Shown here: in pieces, positions 1 through 10,832 of the stretch
How the letters are laid out: the number at the start of each line of letters is the position of its first letter
How positions within the stretch are numbered: position 1 is the stretch's first letter
NCBI GenBank assembly: GCA_018456245.1
Contig: JAGYHQ010000001.1
Location: forward strand, 134,693 to 198,692
Origin: Tenacibaculum sp.
GTDB lineage: Bacteria > Bacteroidota > Bacteroidia > Flavobacteriales > Flavobacteriaceae
DNA length: 64,000 nucleotides
Direction: 5' to 3'
Notes under the pieces: model-generated
What the model saw: the letters and a program-made list of their open reading frames with translations, nothing else
What the model was told of the DNA's origin: nothing
Databases searched by the model: none
Translations under genes and position numbers: made by a program

Positions 1-813
1 ATTTACGCTACTCACACTGCTTTAGACAATTCTAACAACGGAGTTTCTGCCAAAATGTGCGAAGTTTTAGGGTTAAAAAACACCAAAGTTTTAATTCCTA
101 AAAAACAGATTATTAAAAAATTAACTACATACGTTCCTATAGCTAATGCTGATAATCTTAGAAACGAATTATTTAAAGCAGGAGCAGGAAATATTGGAAA
201 TTACAATAATTGCTCTTTTAATGTAGAGGGAAAAGGGACTTTTTGCGGAAATGAAAACTCAAACCCAACAATAGGCGAAAAAGGGGAATTAGTCTTTGAA
301 AATGAAATTTGTATATCAGTTATTTTTGAGAATTATTTAGAGAGTAAAATACTTTCTGCTTTATTTAAAAACCACCCATACGAAGAAGTTGCCTATGAAA
401 TTATAACGTTAGATAATAAAAACCAAAACGTAGGAATGGGAATGATTGGAGAGTTACCAAAAGAAATGGAAGAGACAGATTTTTTAAATTTTGTAAAGAA
501 AACCTTTAAAACAGGTTGTGTCCGTCATTCCGAATTGCTAAAAAAACCAATTAAAAAAGTAGCTGTTTTAGGTGGCTCGGGTAGTTTTGCTATTAAAAAT
601 TCAATTAGTTTAAAAGCCGATGCTTACATTAGTGCCGACTTTAAATATCACGATTTTTACAAGGCTGAAAAGCAAATTTTATTAGCCGATGTTGGGCATT
701 ATGAAAGTGAACAGTTTACAAAAAACTTATTATATGATTATCTTACAAAAAAATTCAGTACTTTTGCAATTATTTTAAGTGAAGAAAATACAAATCCTAT
801 ACATTATATTTAA
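1..813 (+). CDS. Nif3-like dinuclear metal-centre protein (YqfO/GTP cyclohydrolase I type 2 family), 5' truncated by window edge
   Basis: Frame is open from base 1 (IYATHTALD...). Motifs HPYEEVAY, GGSGS, ADFKYHDF and DVGHYESE are typical of NIF3 proteins with the PII-like insertion. Confidence 0.9.
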   Translation: MYATHTALDNSNNGVSAKMCEVLGLKNTKVLIPKKQIIKKLTTYVPIANADNLRNELFKAGAGNIGNYNNCSFNVEGKGTFCGNENSNPTIGEKGELVFENEICISVIFENYLESKILSALFKNHPYEEVAYEIITLDNKNQNVGMGMIGELPKEMEETDFLNFVKKTFKTGCVRHSELLKKPIKKVAVLGGSGSFAIKNSISLKADAYISADFKYHDFYKAEKQILLADVGHYESEQFTKNLLYDYLTKKFSTFAIILSEENTNPIHYI

Positions 814-816
814 CAG

Positions 817-1587
817 ATGGCAAAAAAAGAAGTAACGGTAGAAGAAAAGCTAAGAGCACTTTACGACCTACAATTAATTGACTCAAGAATTGATGAAATT
901 AGAAATGTGAGAGGTGAATTACCTTTGGAAGTAGAAGATTTAGAAGATGAAGTTGCAGGATTAAATACTCGTTTATCTAACTTAAAAGATGAAGTTAGTA
1001 ATTTAGAAACTGGTATTAACAACAAAAAATTATCTATTGAAGAATCAAAATCTTTAATTGAAAAGTACACGAAACAACAAAAGAATGTTCGTAATAATCG
1101 TGAGTTTGATTCTTTAAGTAAAGAAATTGAATATCAAGAATTAGAAATTCAACTATCTGAAAAACACATTAAAGAATTTAAGGCTAAAATTAGCCATAAA
1201 GAAGAAGTTATTGCTAATACTAATGAAAAATTAGAATTACAAAAAACTCATTTAGAACACAAAAGAAACGAATTAGATTCTATATTAAAAGAAACAGAAA
1301 AAGAAGAAGAATTATTACACAAAAAGTCTGAAGAGTTTTCTAAATCTATAGATGAAAATTTATTAACAGCTTATAACAGAATTAGAAACAAAGTTAAAAA
1401 TGGTTTAGCTGTTGTATCTATTGAACGTGGAGCTGCCGGTGGTTCTTTCTTTACTATTCCGCCACAAGTACAATTAGAAATAGCTAACAGAAAGAAAATT
1501 ATGATAGACGAACACAGTGGTCGTATTTTAGTTGATGCTGCTTTAGCTGCTGAAGAAAAAGAAAAAATAGAAAAGATGTTTTCTTAA
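817..1587 (+). CDS. Coiled-coil/C-terminal zinc-ribbon-like protein (DUF164/CT398 family), ribbon cysteines absent
   Basis: Long coiled coil, NNREFDSL and FTIPPQ...GRILVD motifs, and the usual position downstream of nif3. Confidence 0.8.
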   Translation: MAKKEVTVEEKLRALYDLQLIDSRIDEIRNVRGELPLEVEDLEDEVAGLNTRLSNLKDEVSNLETGINNKKLSIEESKSLIEKYTKQQKNVRNNREFDSLSKEIEYQELEIQLSEKHIKEFKAKISHKEEVIANTNEKLELQKTHLEHKRNELDSILKETEKEEELLHKKSEEFSKSIDENLLTAYNRIRNKVKNGLAVVSIERGAAGGSFFTIPPQVQLEIANRKKIMIDEHSGRILVDAALAAEEKEKIEKMFS

Positions 1588-1610
1588 AAACATTAATATT
1601 TTACATAATT

Positions 1611-1647
1611 AAAAAGCCTAACAATTTAAAATTGTTAGGCTTTTTTT
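1611..1647. terminator. Bidirectional intrinsic terminator
   Basis: Inverted repeat aaaaagcctaacaattt / aattgttaggctttttt between convergent genes, with A/T tracts on both sides. Confidence 0.85.
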
Positions 1648-1668
1648 AATGGTTGATTTATCTAAAAA

Positions 1669-3501
1669 TTAATAATCTAATTTCTTTAAATAATCTAACT
1701 TTAATTGCCAAATATCTAACTTATCTTTAAACTTCTGAATTCCTTCTCTTACATTTTTAACTAAAGGATTATCTTCAGTTGCATTAGATATAAAACTTAA
1801 ATTATTCTCTAATTGCTGCATTTCTCTTACCGTTTCATCTATTTTTTTACGAATAAAGAACTGTAAATTATCTATTTTTCTAAAGTCTTCTTTACCAAGA
1901 TAATCATCTACCTCGTTTTTAAACTTTATCATCTCAATATCTGAACGGTCTAAGTTTAGTTTTTCTAACTGTAAATCAATAAGTTTATTAAACTTACGGT
2001 CTAAATTTCGGGCTGTTTTAGGTAAATATCCTAACTCACGCCATTCAGCAATATTTTTTTGAACATCTTCTAAAGTTTTAGCATCTTCTACTTTAAAATT
2101 ATCTAAAAATGCTTTTTTAGCTTCAACTGTTTCTTGTTGTTCTTTGTTAAATTCCTCTTTACGAGCGTGTAATCTATCAAAATAATAATTACAAGCATCT
2201 TTAAATTGTTTCCAAATAGTATCTGAAAATTTATGAGGAACATGACCTATTTTTCGCCAATCTGCCTGAATACGTTTCATTGTATCAGTAGTTTTATCCC
2301 AATCTTCACTATCCTTTAAACTTTCAGCTAATTCAATTAATTTCTTTTTCTTGTTTAAATTATCATTCTGCACAGTTTTTTCTTCCTTGTAAAAAGCATT
2401 CTTTAAAGAATTGAATTTTTGTGTTGCTTTTTTTAATTTTTGCCAAACTGCCTCACTTTTATTATAAGGTAGCTTTCCTAAATCAAAATATTTTTTACGT
2501 AAAGCCTCAATATCCTTTATACTTTTCTGCCAATCTTTATGTGTTTTATTTTTTGAAGTGTCATAAGCATTTATCTCTGCAACCACCTCTAATTTAGCAT
2601 CAATAATTTCTTGATATTTAGATTTTAACTCTCTAAAATATTCATGACGGCGATTGTGTATTTTTTTAGTAGCCTCACTAAATCTTTGCCAAACAGATTC
2701 TCTATACTCTTTACCAACAGGACCTATATCTTCTTTCCAAATACGGTGTATATCTTGTAACTCTTTAAAAGCTAAATTTACATCTTCATTATTTACTAAA
2801 GCCTCAGCTCTTAATATTAATTTTAATTTTTCCTCTAAATTATGTTTAAAATCAAGCTCTCTAAAATCTTTATTTAAGTGTAATAAATCATAAAAACGTT
2901 CTACATGATGATGATATACTTTCCAAATATCATTATATCTCGTTTTTGGAACAGCCCCAATTGCTTTCCAACGTTCGTTCAAATCCTTGTATTCATTATA
3001 CATGGTTTTAGGGTCGGCATTATCAATCAATAATTTTAATTCATCAATAATAGCATTACGTTTTTTTAAATTTTCTTTTAACTGAAGTTCTAATGCTTCA
3101 TAGTAAGCATCACGTTTTTTCTTATAATCAGATAATAAATTATTATACTCTGTTTTTATAGGACTTGAATAATGAAAATCAATAAGATTTCCTCCTTCTG
3201 ATAAAAATTCTTCCTTTTTATTTTCTATCAATTCTCCAAACCCAGCGTTAAATGCATTTTTTATTGCATCAATATTTTCTTTTATTTTGTGTACAGGGTT
3301 ACTTTTAATCAATTTAGATAATTCAACAACTAATTGTTGTAAATCCATAGAATCATAATCCAGCATAGGAATTTCACTATTATCGTCGGTTTTATCTACT
3401 TCTTCCACTACTTTATTAGTGGCTTCCTCTTGGTTTTCTTCTACTTTCTTTACCTCTTCGTTAACTGATTTCTCTAATTGTTCTTCATTATTTTCTAACA
3501 T
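1669..3501 (-). CDS. DUF349 domain-containing protein
   Basis: Repeated helical units with W..IG.VP motifs (WKAIGAVP, WKEDIGPV, WRKIGHVP). Confidence 0.8.
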   Translation of the reverse strand: MLENNEEQLEKSVNEEVKKVEENQEEATNKVVEEVDKTDDNSEIPMLDYDSMDLQQLVVELSKLIKSNPVHKIKENIDAIKNAFNAGFGELIENKKEEFLSEGGNLIDFHYSSPIKTEYNNLLSDYKKKRDAYYEALELQLKENLKKRNAIIDELKLLIDNADPKTMYNEYKDLNERWKAIGAVPKTRYNDIWKVYHHHVERFYDLLHLNKDFRELDFKHNLEEKLKLILRAEALVNNEDVNLAFKELQDIHRIWKEDIGPVGKEYRESVWQRFSEATKKIHNRRHEYFRELKSKYQEIIDAKLEVVAEINAYDTSKNKTHKDWQKSIKDIEALRKKYFDLGKLPYNKSEAVWQKLKKATQKFNSLKNAFYKEEKTVQNDNLNKKKKLIELAESLKDSEDWDKTTDTMKRIQADWRKIGHVPHKFSDTIWKQFKDACNYYFDRLHARKEEFNKEQQETVEAKKAFLDNFKVEDAKTLEDVQKNIAEWRELGYLPKTARNLDRKFNKLIDLQLEKLNLDRSDIEMIKFKNEVDDYLGKEDFRKIDNLQFFIRKKIDETVREMQQLENNLSFISNATEDNPLVKNVREGIQKFKDKLDIWQLKLDYLKKLDY

Positions 3502-3580
3502 ATATACAATGTTTAAGTTCCATAAAAATTTTAGCCCATAAATATACGAATTATAACTTTATTCTTTACATATAAATAAG

Positions 3581-4342
3581 CTAAACTGCTTTATTCCATA
3601 TTTTCCAAGATTTTTCTGCTTGAAGTTTTAACATTTCTAATCCGTTTTTAATGGTTGCTCCTTTATTTTTTCCTTTTTTAAGGAATAATGTTTCTTCAGG
3701 ATTATAAATTAAATCGTACAATAAATGATTTTCATTTAAAAAATTATACGGAATATTAGGGCATTTATTAATATTTGGATGTGTTCCCAGCGGAGTGCAA
3801 TTAATAATTATAGTATATTCTTGCATCTCTTTTTCGGTAATATTAGCGTATGAAAATTGATTTTCTTTAGGATTTCTTGATACAAATTTATATTCAATCC
3901 CCATTTTTTCAAGTGTATAAGCAATTGCTTTTGATGCACCTCCTGTTCCTAAAATTAATACTTTTTTATGATGAGTTTTCAGTAATGGTTTAAAAGATTT
4001 TTTAAATCCGTATTCATCAGTATTATAACCTTTTAATTTGCCTTTTTTGGTTATTTTTATAGTATTAACCGAACCTATTTCTTGTGCTTTTTTATCTATT
4101 TTATCTAAATAAGGAATTATACTTTCTTTATAAGGAATTGTTACATTCATTCCTTTTAAGATATTTTTATTTTCTTTTAGAATATTCGGAAAGTTTTCAA
4201 TATCATCAATATCAAAATTTACATATTCGTAATTATTTAAGTTTAACATATTAAACTTATCAGTAAAATATTTTTTAGAAAAAGAATATGAAATATTGCG
4301 CCCTAAAAGCCCAAACAATTTTTTATTTTCGTTTTTTACCAT
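3581..4342 (-). CDS. aroE: Shikimate dehydrogenase
   Basis: SYSFS, GMNVTIPYK, GYNTD, GTGGAS, NCTPLG, YDLIYNP and NGLEML motifs. Start placed at MVKNE (4342); the ORF track start is 4351. Confidence 0.9.
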   Translation of the reverse strand: MVKNENKKLFGLLGRNISYSFSKKYFTDKFNMLNLNNYEYVNFDIDDIENFPNILKENKNILKGMNVTIPYKESIIPYLDKIDKKAQEIGSVNTIKITKKGKLKGYNTDEYGFKKSFKPLLKTHHKKVLILGTGGASKAIAYTLEKMGIEYKFVSRNPKENQFSYANITEKEMQEYTIIINCTPLGTHPNINKCPNIPYNFLNENHLLYDLIYNPEETLFLKKGKNKGATIKNGLEMLKLQAEKSWKIWNKAV

Positions 4343-5330
4343 AATAATCAATAACTATGATTAAAGTTATTCCAAAGATAATAATACCTATGGCAAACCA
4401 CGTTTCTAAAGATGATAAATCAGGGATAAACCGTTCGTAATTTTCTACAATTTTATTTCCTTTTTTATCAAATAAAAAACCTCCTTCATCAATTTTATAA
4501 ATTGTTTTTTTCCAAGGCCATACAATACCCAAAGATCCCGTTATAAAACCAATTATAATTGCCATTACTATTTTATTCCACCTTTTTAAAACATAACCTA
4601 ATATATGGGAAATAGATACCAAACCAAATACAGAACCAAGCGTAAATACTGATATAATTTTTAAATATCTTATTTTTATTGGGTCTTTCAAAACCTCCCA
4701 ATTACCCGAAAGTAACTCTATCATTACATTTCCAAAAACATTAACACTATCTACTAAAAGCAATACATAATTTCCTAAAAGGATTAAAATAAAAGAACCT
4801 GACAGCCCCGGTAAAGTCATTCCTGAAACACCAATAATTCCACAAACAAAAACAAATAATAAATTATCATTTTCTTTTGCAGGAGTCATAAAACTAATAG
4901 TAATACCAATAGAAATACCTACTAATAATGAAATAATATTTTTAAAATTCCAATCTCCAAAATCTTTTGAAACGTAATAAATTGAGCCTATAATCATTCC
5001 GAAAAACCAAGACCAAACATATAATTCGTAATTTTTTATTAAATAATCTAAAAGTAATGAAACACTAAAATAACTAAATACACTACCTAACATAATTAAT
5101 CCTAAAAACTGTGCATTAGTATACTGAAAAAAACTCTTAAATCGCCTACCAATTAATAGCTTTAATGCTCTACGATTAATTTTTTGAAAAGTATAAATTA
5201 ATTCCTCGTAAAACCCCATAACAAAAGCCACCATTCCTCCTGACACCCCCGGAACTTTATTTGCTCCCCCCATCATTAGTCCTTTAAAAAATAAGGAAAT
5301 GTTTTGTGTAAGTGTTCTACTTTTTTGCAT
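4323..5330 (-). CDS. DUF368 family membrane protein (putative undecaprenyl-phosphate translocase, PopT-like), copy 2
   Basis: GLMMGGANKVPGVSGG and MTLPGLSGSFILILLG internal-repeat motifs, multiple TM segments, and a WPWK motif. Confidence 0.8.
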   Translation of the reverse strand: MQKSRTLTQNISLFFKGLMMGGANKVPGVSGGMVAFVMGFYEELIYTFQKINRRALKLLIGRRFKSFFQYTNAQFLGLIMLGSVFSYFSVSLLLDYLIKNYELYVWSWFFGMIIGSIYYVSKDFGDWNFKNIISLLVGISIGITISFMTPAKENDNLLFVFVCGIIGVSGMTLPGLSGSFILILLGNYVLLLVDSVNVFGNVMIELLSGNWEVLKDPIKIRYLKIISVFTLGSVFGLVSISHILGYVLKRWNKIVMAIIIGFITGSLGIVWPWKKTIYKIDEGGFLFDKKGNKIVENYERFIPDLSSLETWFAIGIIIFGITLIIVIDYYGKKRK

Positions 5331-5366
5331 TCAATTAAGTTAAAAAGCGAAGTTACATAAAAACTA

Positions 5367-6377
5367 TTACTTTTTTACAGCAAGTTTTTCCATTAATAAA
5401 ATTAAAGCAAATCCTACAACTGCTAAACCAATAGCTAAAAATAATTGTGAGTCTGTTGAATGGTTACCATAGCTATACTTAAAAGGTGAAATACTTTTCT
5501 CTGAAATAAGTTTTATAGTTTCAAAATTATTTATACTTTTTTGATATACTGAAAGTGTTAAATAATCACTAACCTCAGAAAAAGGAACTACTTTTCCGCT
5601 TATTTTATCAAACACCATATTGGTTTGTTTCCAAGGCCAAATTTTATTAAGTGACCCTATAATAAAACCTGTTAAAACTGCCAGCATTTCATTTTTATAA
5701 TGAGCAAATAACCATTTTAAAACTCTTGCAAAAGTTAAAATTCCTAATACAGCACCTGCTCCTACAAAAGCTATTGTTTTAAAATCTTTATTATTAATAG
5801 CACTAATAATAGGTTTATAAGCCCCTAATAATAGTAAAATAAATGACCCTGAAATACCTGGTAAAATCATTGCACAAATAGCAATTGCACCAGATAAAAA
5901 TAAAAATATAGGCGATGAATTTTCAGACACCAACGGATTTAAAGTAGTTATCCAATAAGCTAAAATTGCACCCACAAACAATAATACAAATGAAACTATA
6001 TTCCATTTTGTAATTTGCTTTATAATATACAAAACACTTGCTAGTACCAATCCAAAGAAAAAAGCCCATAATAAAACAGGCTGATTTTTTAAAAGCCACG
6101 AAATAATTTTTGCAAGTGATATAAAACTAATGAAAATCCCTAATAAAATAGATAGTAAAAAATTACCGTTTAACTGTTGCCACGCTTTTTTTATCCCTTT
6201 ATCTTTTAAGGTTTTTAGCAAACTTAAATTTACATTACTTATTGAGCTTAATAGCTCTTCATAAATTCCTAAAATAAACGCTATTGTTCCTCCTGAAACC
6301 CCCGGTACTACATCGGCAGCCCCCATTGCCATTCCTTTTAAACCTATTAGAAAATAGTCTTTAATTGTTCTTTTCAT
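5367..6377 (-). CDS. DUF368 family membrane protein (putative undecaprenyl-phosphate translocase, PopT-like), copy 1
   Basis: GMAMGAADVVPGVSGGTIAF and AMILPGISGSFILLLLG motifs, plus WPWK. Confidence 0.85.
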   Translation of the reverse strand: MKRTIKDYFLIGLKGMAMGAADVVPGVSGGTIAFILGIYEELLSSISNVNLSLLKTLKDKGIKKAWQQLNGNFLLSILLGIFISFISLAKIISWLLKNQPVLLWAFFFGLVLASVLYIIKQITKWNIVSFVLLFVGAILAYWITTLNPLVSENSSPIFLFLSGAIAICAMILPGISGSFILLLLGAYKPIISAINNKDFKTIAFVGAGAVLGILTFARVLKWLFAHYKNEMLAVLTGFIIGSLNKIWPWKQTNMVFDKISGKVVPFSEVSDYLTLSVYQKSINNFETIKLISEKSISPFKYSYGNHSTDSQLFLAIGLAVVGFALILLMEKLAVKK

Positions 6378-9300
6378 TTATTTTACAGTATCTTTTTTAC
6401 GTGATGCAAAATTGATTAATTTTTTCGTTTTAACAATGGTATCTTTTTTGTGTAAATTTTCCTCTGGCTCTTTTCCTCTTATTTTTTGCCCTAATTCTTT
6501 AAAAGAATTAAAATTTACTTGATATGAAAGTCCTGTTCCTTGGGTATATCCCTCCTCTTCAATAGAATATTGAATATCATTAGGTTTATTAAAAATCGTC
6601 CACCTAAAAGTTCCTTTTTCATTTAATAAAACTTCTAATTTTACTTCTCCTATTACACTGGTTTGTGTTTTTGCTCCAACAGGAACTCCTACTTTTCCAT
6701 TTAATAATACTCTATCATTTAATTGAGATGTTACTGAAACGTCTAATTGATTATCAGTATCTACACCTTTAACATCATTTGTTCTTCCTTGTGAATAACC
6801 AACACCTAACTTAAATTTATCATCTTTTGAATTAATTACATTAGAAAGTACATTAGAAAGTAAATCAGATGCTGTTCCTATTCCAAAATCAGATGCTGCA
6901 TTTGAAGCAAGTGTTTCCCTATTATAAAACGACCCTGTAAATAGTAGTGAAAAGAAATTTAGCATTTTATTATTACTATCATTATCATTCAATACAAACT
7001 CCAACTCGGAAGAAATCATTGAATTTGCATTCGGAATTTTTATATCAAACTCTTGCTCTGAATTAAATAGTCCACCTGTTATTTTGGTATATAAATCTAC
7101 CGGAATTTTACGACTTGAAGATATACTATTTAACAATTGTGCAGGATTTGCCTTTGCCTTATATATTGCCACCAAATCTAACTCTGCACTAAAAGGATCT
7201 CCACTCCAAGAAATAGTTCCTCCTTTTTGAACTTCAAACTTTTTTGAAATACCTGAATATCTAAAATTATACTCTCCATTATCAATAGATAAATCTCCAT
7301 TCATTAAAAATTTTCCTTTAGTATCAATTTCAATTAATAAATTTCCTGTTCCACTTCCCTTTAATTCGTTTCCTGTTACTTTATCAATTACTACTTGAGC
7401 AACAGCATCTTTTGTAACTTCAAGATTCAAGTTTAAGTTTAAACCTCCAATATTTTTAATAGATTTTAATTTATCTGTTTCTTCCTCTTTATTTTTCTTA
7501 AAATGAATTAATTTATAATTATTTAAGGTAGTTACATCACTTAACGGAATTACAAAATTTGTTCCCTTTTCAGTTTTCCCTATTACATCAATAGTTAAAT
7601 TACTTGTTAATCCTTCTATTTGAGTACTTCCTCTTAAAAAGGCTTTTCCGTAATACGGAATTTCATCTACTTCTTTGGTATCTAATACTAGTAAATTAGA
7701 GGTATTCAAATCTAAATCTAAATACCACTTTTCAAAATTTTCATGATTTATATTACCCGATAAATATCCATGTGTATCATATTTAGTATCTTGTAATACT
7801 ACGTTTTTTAACGTAAATGATTGTCCTTTTAATTTAACATTAGCATTTTTTATAAAATCAAAATCAATATTTAAATAAGGAATTGTTAAACCTCCTTCAA
7901 CGATACTTAAGTCCCCCTTAAAAACAGGATTATACAAATATCCTTTTGATGTAAACTTACCTGAAACCCTACCTCTAATATTTTCAATTGTTTCTTCCCC
8001 TAAATTACTAAATCCGTTAATTTCGTATTCTTTTAATTTCACAAGAATATCCATTGTTGGTTTTTTAGTAGAAAAATCAAGAGTTCCAACAACTTTTACA
8101 TTATCAAAATCATAATCTTTAATTGAAATATCAACTTTGTATTTATCATATGAATTAGCTCCCTCTATTTTTGCTTTTAATGTACCTTGAGATAATTCAT
8201 TAACCATAACATCATTAATCACAATATTTGCAGTAGGCTGAATATTACCACCTTTTTGCAATATTGATAAATTACCATTTACAAGCCCATTTAATGCTAA
8301 ATTTTTAATATCAGGTAAAAAACTGGTTAACTCAACATTGGTAAAATTGGTTTTAAAATCTTTCTGTTTATTCCCTTTTAAACTTCCTAAAAACTCTATT
8401 TTTTGTTCTTTTGAAACTAATTTAAACGGACTGAAAACAAAGCTATCATCTCTTAAATCAAAAGATAATTTATTGTTTTGATTATCTTCTGGATTTATCG
8501 TCCAATTATTACCTTTATAATTAAAAGTTGATTTTTGTAAACCTATTACAGATTTTTTATCCTCATTAATTGTATAGAAAAAATCAAGATTAAAATTTTC
8601 TGTATCTTTTTCTCCTCCCTTAAAAGTAGATTTAAAAAACAGCGTATCATTTACCGTTCTGTTTAATAAATTTAATTTACTTACTTTATAATATTTTGAG
8701 GTTACTTTATCTGCTGTAATATGGGTATTATATAACTTGTTTTTATTATCAAGACGTAATTCAATTTTATCTATTATATTTTTATATACATCTATTTTTG
8801 GCGATGAAAAATTAAGTTTTACCGAATTTTTATTTGAATTTATTTTTCCTTTAACTATTGTTTTAGGAGATAAACTAACTTGAGGAAAAAATATATCAAC
8901 TATTTGGTTATGTATTGTAAAATTAAAATTTATAAATTGATTTGGAGACACAGGCAGCGGAGAATAGTTAGAATACACACTACCCAAAGCATTCTGAGTT
9001 ATAGGTAACAATTCAGAAAAAGTAAACTTTCCTTCTAACTTACCTTCAATAATATCTTTTGAATCTATTTTTATTGTATGAATACTATCCTTTAAAGAAG
9101 ATACAATATTAAACCTCTTAAAAACATAACTTTTTTTAGGATTTGTATATACAATATCTTTAAAATTTGCTTCACCAACTATATCATCAAACGTATTACC
9201 TGAAATATCTAAATTTATTTTTCCTTTTAATATAGATATACTATCTCGTTTAATAATATTTATTTTATGTAAATCTATTTTTTTAACATCAGCTACAAAA

Positions 9301-10832
9301 TCAAATTTGTTAATTTCTGATGAAAAATCGGCTAAACCTTTAAATTTTAAATTGAAATTTTCATCATTTGATTGTAAAATACCATCAAATTTTTTATTCT
9401 GAAAATTACCATTAACATCTAAATTTTTATACGTGTATTTTTTAAATTCTACTTTTGAAATCTTACCTTTAAGTTTAGTATTTATATTATTTACACTAAA
9501 TCCTTCTCCATAAACATTAGCTTTTAAGGAAACTTTACCCAAAATAGAATCTTGTGCAATTCTACCTAAATCAAAATCAACAAATTCTACTTCTCCTTTA
9601 TATTTTGCATTATCAATATCATTAATATTCGTAAGTCTTAAATCAGATATCATACCTCCTAATTTTGAGGTTACATCTAAAGTAGCATCAATTTGTTTTG
9701 GTGTAACTTTTATATTTCCTGATAAATCAAAATCTCCTAATTTATTAAATTCAGTAGGTATAGTTTTTCCTAAAACATTAGGTAATGTATTTATTAATTG
9801 GTTATAATTTGATGAAAGTTTTTTAATATGAGATTTAAAAATAAAACCTCGTTCATAATTAAACGAATTTGTAAAATGTGCATCTCCATTAAATTTCATT
9901 CCACCTTTAGATTGCATATTTAAATTATTCGCTACAAAATCATTAAGTACTCCTTTTACATTTCCCCTAAAATATATTTTATCATTTCCTTTAAGTTCAT
10001 TGTAAAATTTATTTAAATCTTTTACAGAAATAACACTTTTATTAAAGTTAGCTTTTATCTTAACTTTATCTAAAAAAATTGCAAAATCTTCTATTTTATA
10101 ATTAAAAGTAATGTTTCCTTTTATACTGGTATTATTATCGGTTTTAATGGTTGTATTTAACAACTCCATTTGTTTTTTTGTGTATGTAAAATCAGTTGTT
10201 AAGTCTTTTATGTTAATTCCTCTATTTTCAATAAAATACAATTCTCTTGCTTTCATAGAAACATCAGAACCGACTAAAGAAAAATCTTCAATTAGCCCTC
10301 CCGCATTAGTTGCTGAAAATTGCAAAGAGTCTTTTTTGTTTTCATCAATCAATTTAAAGGTAAGATTTTCAATACAAATATTGCTTGATTTTAAAATAAA
10401 AGGAGTGGAAATACTATCCTGTTCTTTATCTTCAAAACTATCAAGAAAAATAGACATATTGCTATCTTTTTCTCCTTTATGAGTTTTCATATAAAATTTT
10501 ACTCCGTTTAAAGTAGCATCTCCTAAATCAAGTTTATTATCTACAATATTTTTTACATTAAGAAGTGAAGTTTTTAAATTACCAACAAAAATAAGTGTAT
10601 CTTTATGGTGGTCTCGTATTTCTACATTTTTTAAATTAACTCTTCCTAAAAAAGATAAATCTATTTTTTTAACAACAATATTTGTCCCATATTCCTTATT
10701 AAGATAATTAGTAGTAAATTTACCCAACCTATTTTGTACCATAGGAATAGATAATACGATTACTAATAATAGTAAAATAATTAAAATGGTTTTAATAACC
10801 CTGCCTAATATTTTAGCTGTTTTTTTTATGAT
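6378..10832 (-). CDS. tamB: Translocation and assembly module protein TamB (DUF490); probable non-AUG start upstream of the ORF-track ATG at 10742
   Basis: About 1480 aa of beta-rich AsmA/TamB-like sequence with a DUF490-type C-terminus. The frame is open upstream to 10841 and encodes a basic stretch plus TM anchor. The exact start is uncertain. Confidence 0.8.
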   Translation of the reverse strand: MIKKTAKILGRVIKTILIILLLLVIVLSIPMVQNRLGKFTTNYLNKEYGTNIVVKKIDLSFLGRVNLKNVEIRDHHKDTLIFVGNLKTSLLNVKNIVDNKLDLGDATLNGVKFYMKTHKGEKDSNMSIFLDSFEDKEQDSISTPFILKSSNICIENLTFKLIDENKKDSLQFSATNAGGLIEDFSLVGSDVSMKARELYFIENRGINIKDLTTDFTYTKKQMELLNTTIKTDNNTSIKGNITFNYKIEDFAIFLDKVKIKANFNKSVISVKDLNKFYNELKGNDKIYFRGNVKGVLNDFVANNLNMQSKGGMKFNGDAHFTNSFNYERGFIFKSHIKKLSSNYNQLINTLPNVLGKTIPTEFNKLGDFDLSGNIKVTPKQIDATLDVTSKLGGMISDLRLTNINDIDNAKYKGEVEFVDFDLGRIAQDSILGKVSLKANVYGEGFSVNNINTKLKGKISKVEFKKYTYKNLDVNGNFQNKKFDGILQSNDENFNLKFKGLADFSSEINKFDFVADVKKIDLHKINIIKRDSISILKGKINLDISGNTFDDIVGEANFKDIVYTNPKKSYVFKRFNIVSSLKDSIHTIKIDSKDIIEGKLEGKFTFSELLPITQNALGSVYSNYSPLPVSPNQFINFNFTIHNQIVDIFFPQVSLSPKTIVKGKINSNKNSVKLNFSSPKIDVYKNIIDKIELRLDNKNKLYNTHITADKVTSKYYKVSKLNLLNRTVNDTLFFKSTFKGGEKDTENFNLDFFYTINEDKKSVIGLQKSTFNYKGNNWTINPEDNQNNKLSFDLRDDSFVFSPFKLVSKEQKIEFLGSLKGNKQKDFKTNFTNVELTSFLPDIKNLALNGLVNGNLSILQKGGNIQPTANIVINDVMVNELSQGTLKAKIEGANSYDKYKVDISIKDYDFDNVKVVGTLDFSTKKPTMDILVKLKEYEINGFSNLGEETIENIRGRVSGKFTSKGYLYNPVFKGDLSIVEGGLTIPYLNIDFDFIKNANVKLKGQSFTLKNVVLQDTKYDTHGYLSGNINHENFEKWYLDLDLNTSNLLVLDTKEVDEIPYYGKAFLRGSTQIEGLTSNLTIDVIGKTEKGTNFVIPLSDVTTLNNYKLIHFKKNKEEETDKLKSIKNIGGLNLNLNLEVTKDAVAQVVIDKVTGNELKGSGTGNLLIEIDTKGKFLMNGDLSIDNGEYNFRYSGISKKFEVQKGGTISWSGDPFSAELDLVAIYKAKANPAQLLNSISSSRKIPVDLYTKITGGLFNSEQEFDIKIPNANSMISSELEFVLNDNDSNNKMLNFFSLLFTGSFYNRETLASNAASDFGIGTASDLLSNVLSNVINSKDDKFKLGVGYSQGRTNDVKGVDTDNQLDVSVTSQLNDRVLLNGKVGVPVGAKTQTSVIGEVKLEVLLNEKGTFRWTIFNKPNDIQYSIEEEGYTQGTGLSYQVNFNSFKELGQKIRGKEPEENLHKKDTIVKTKKLINFASRKKDTVK

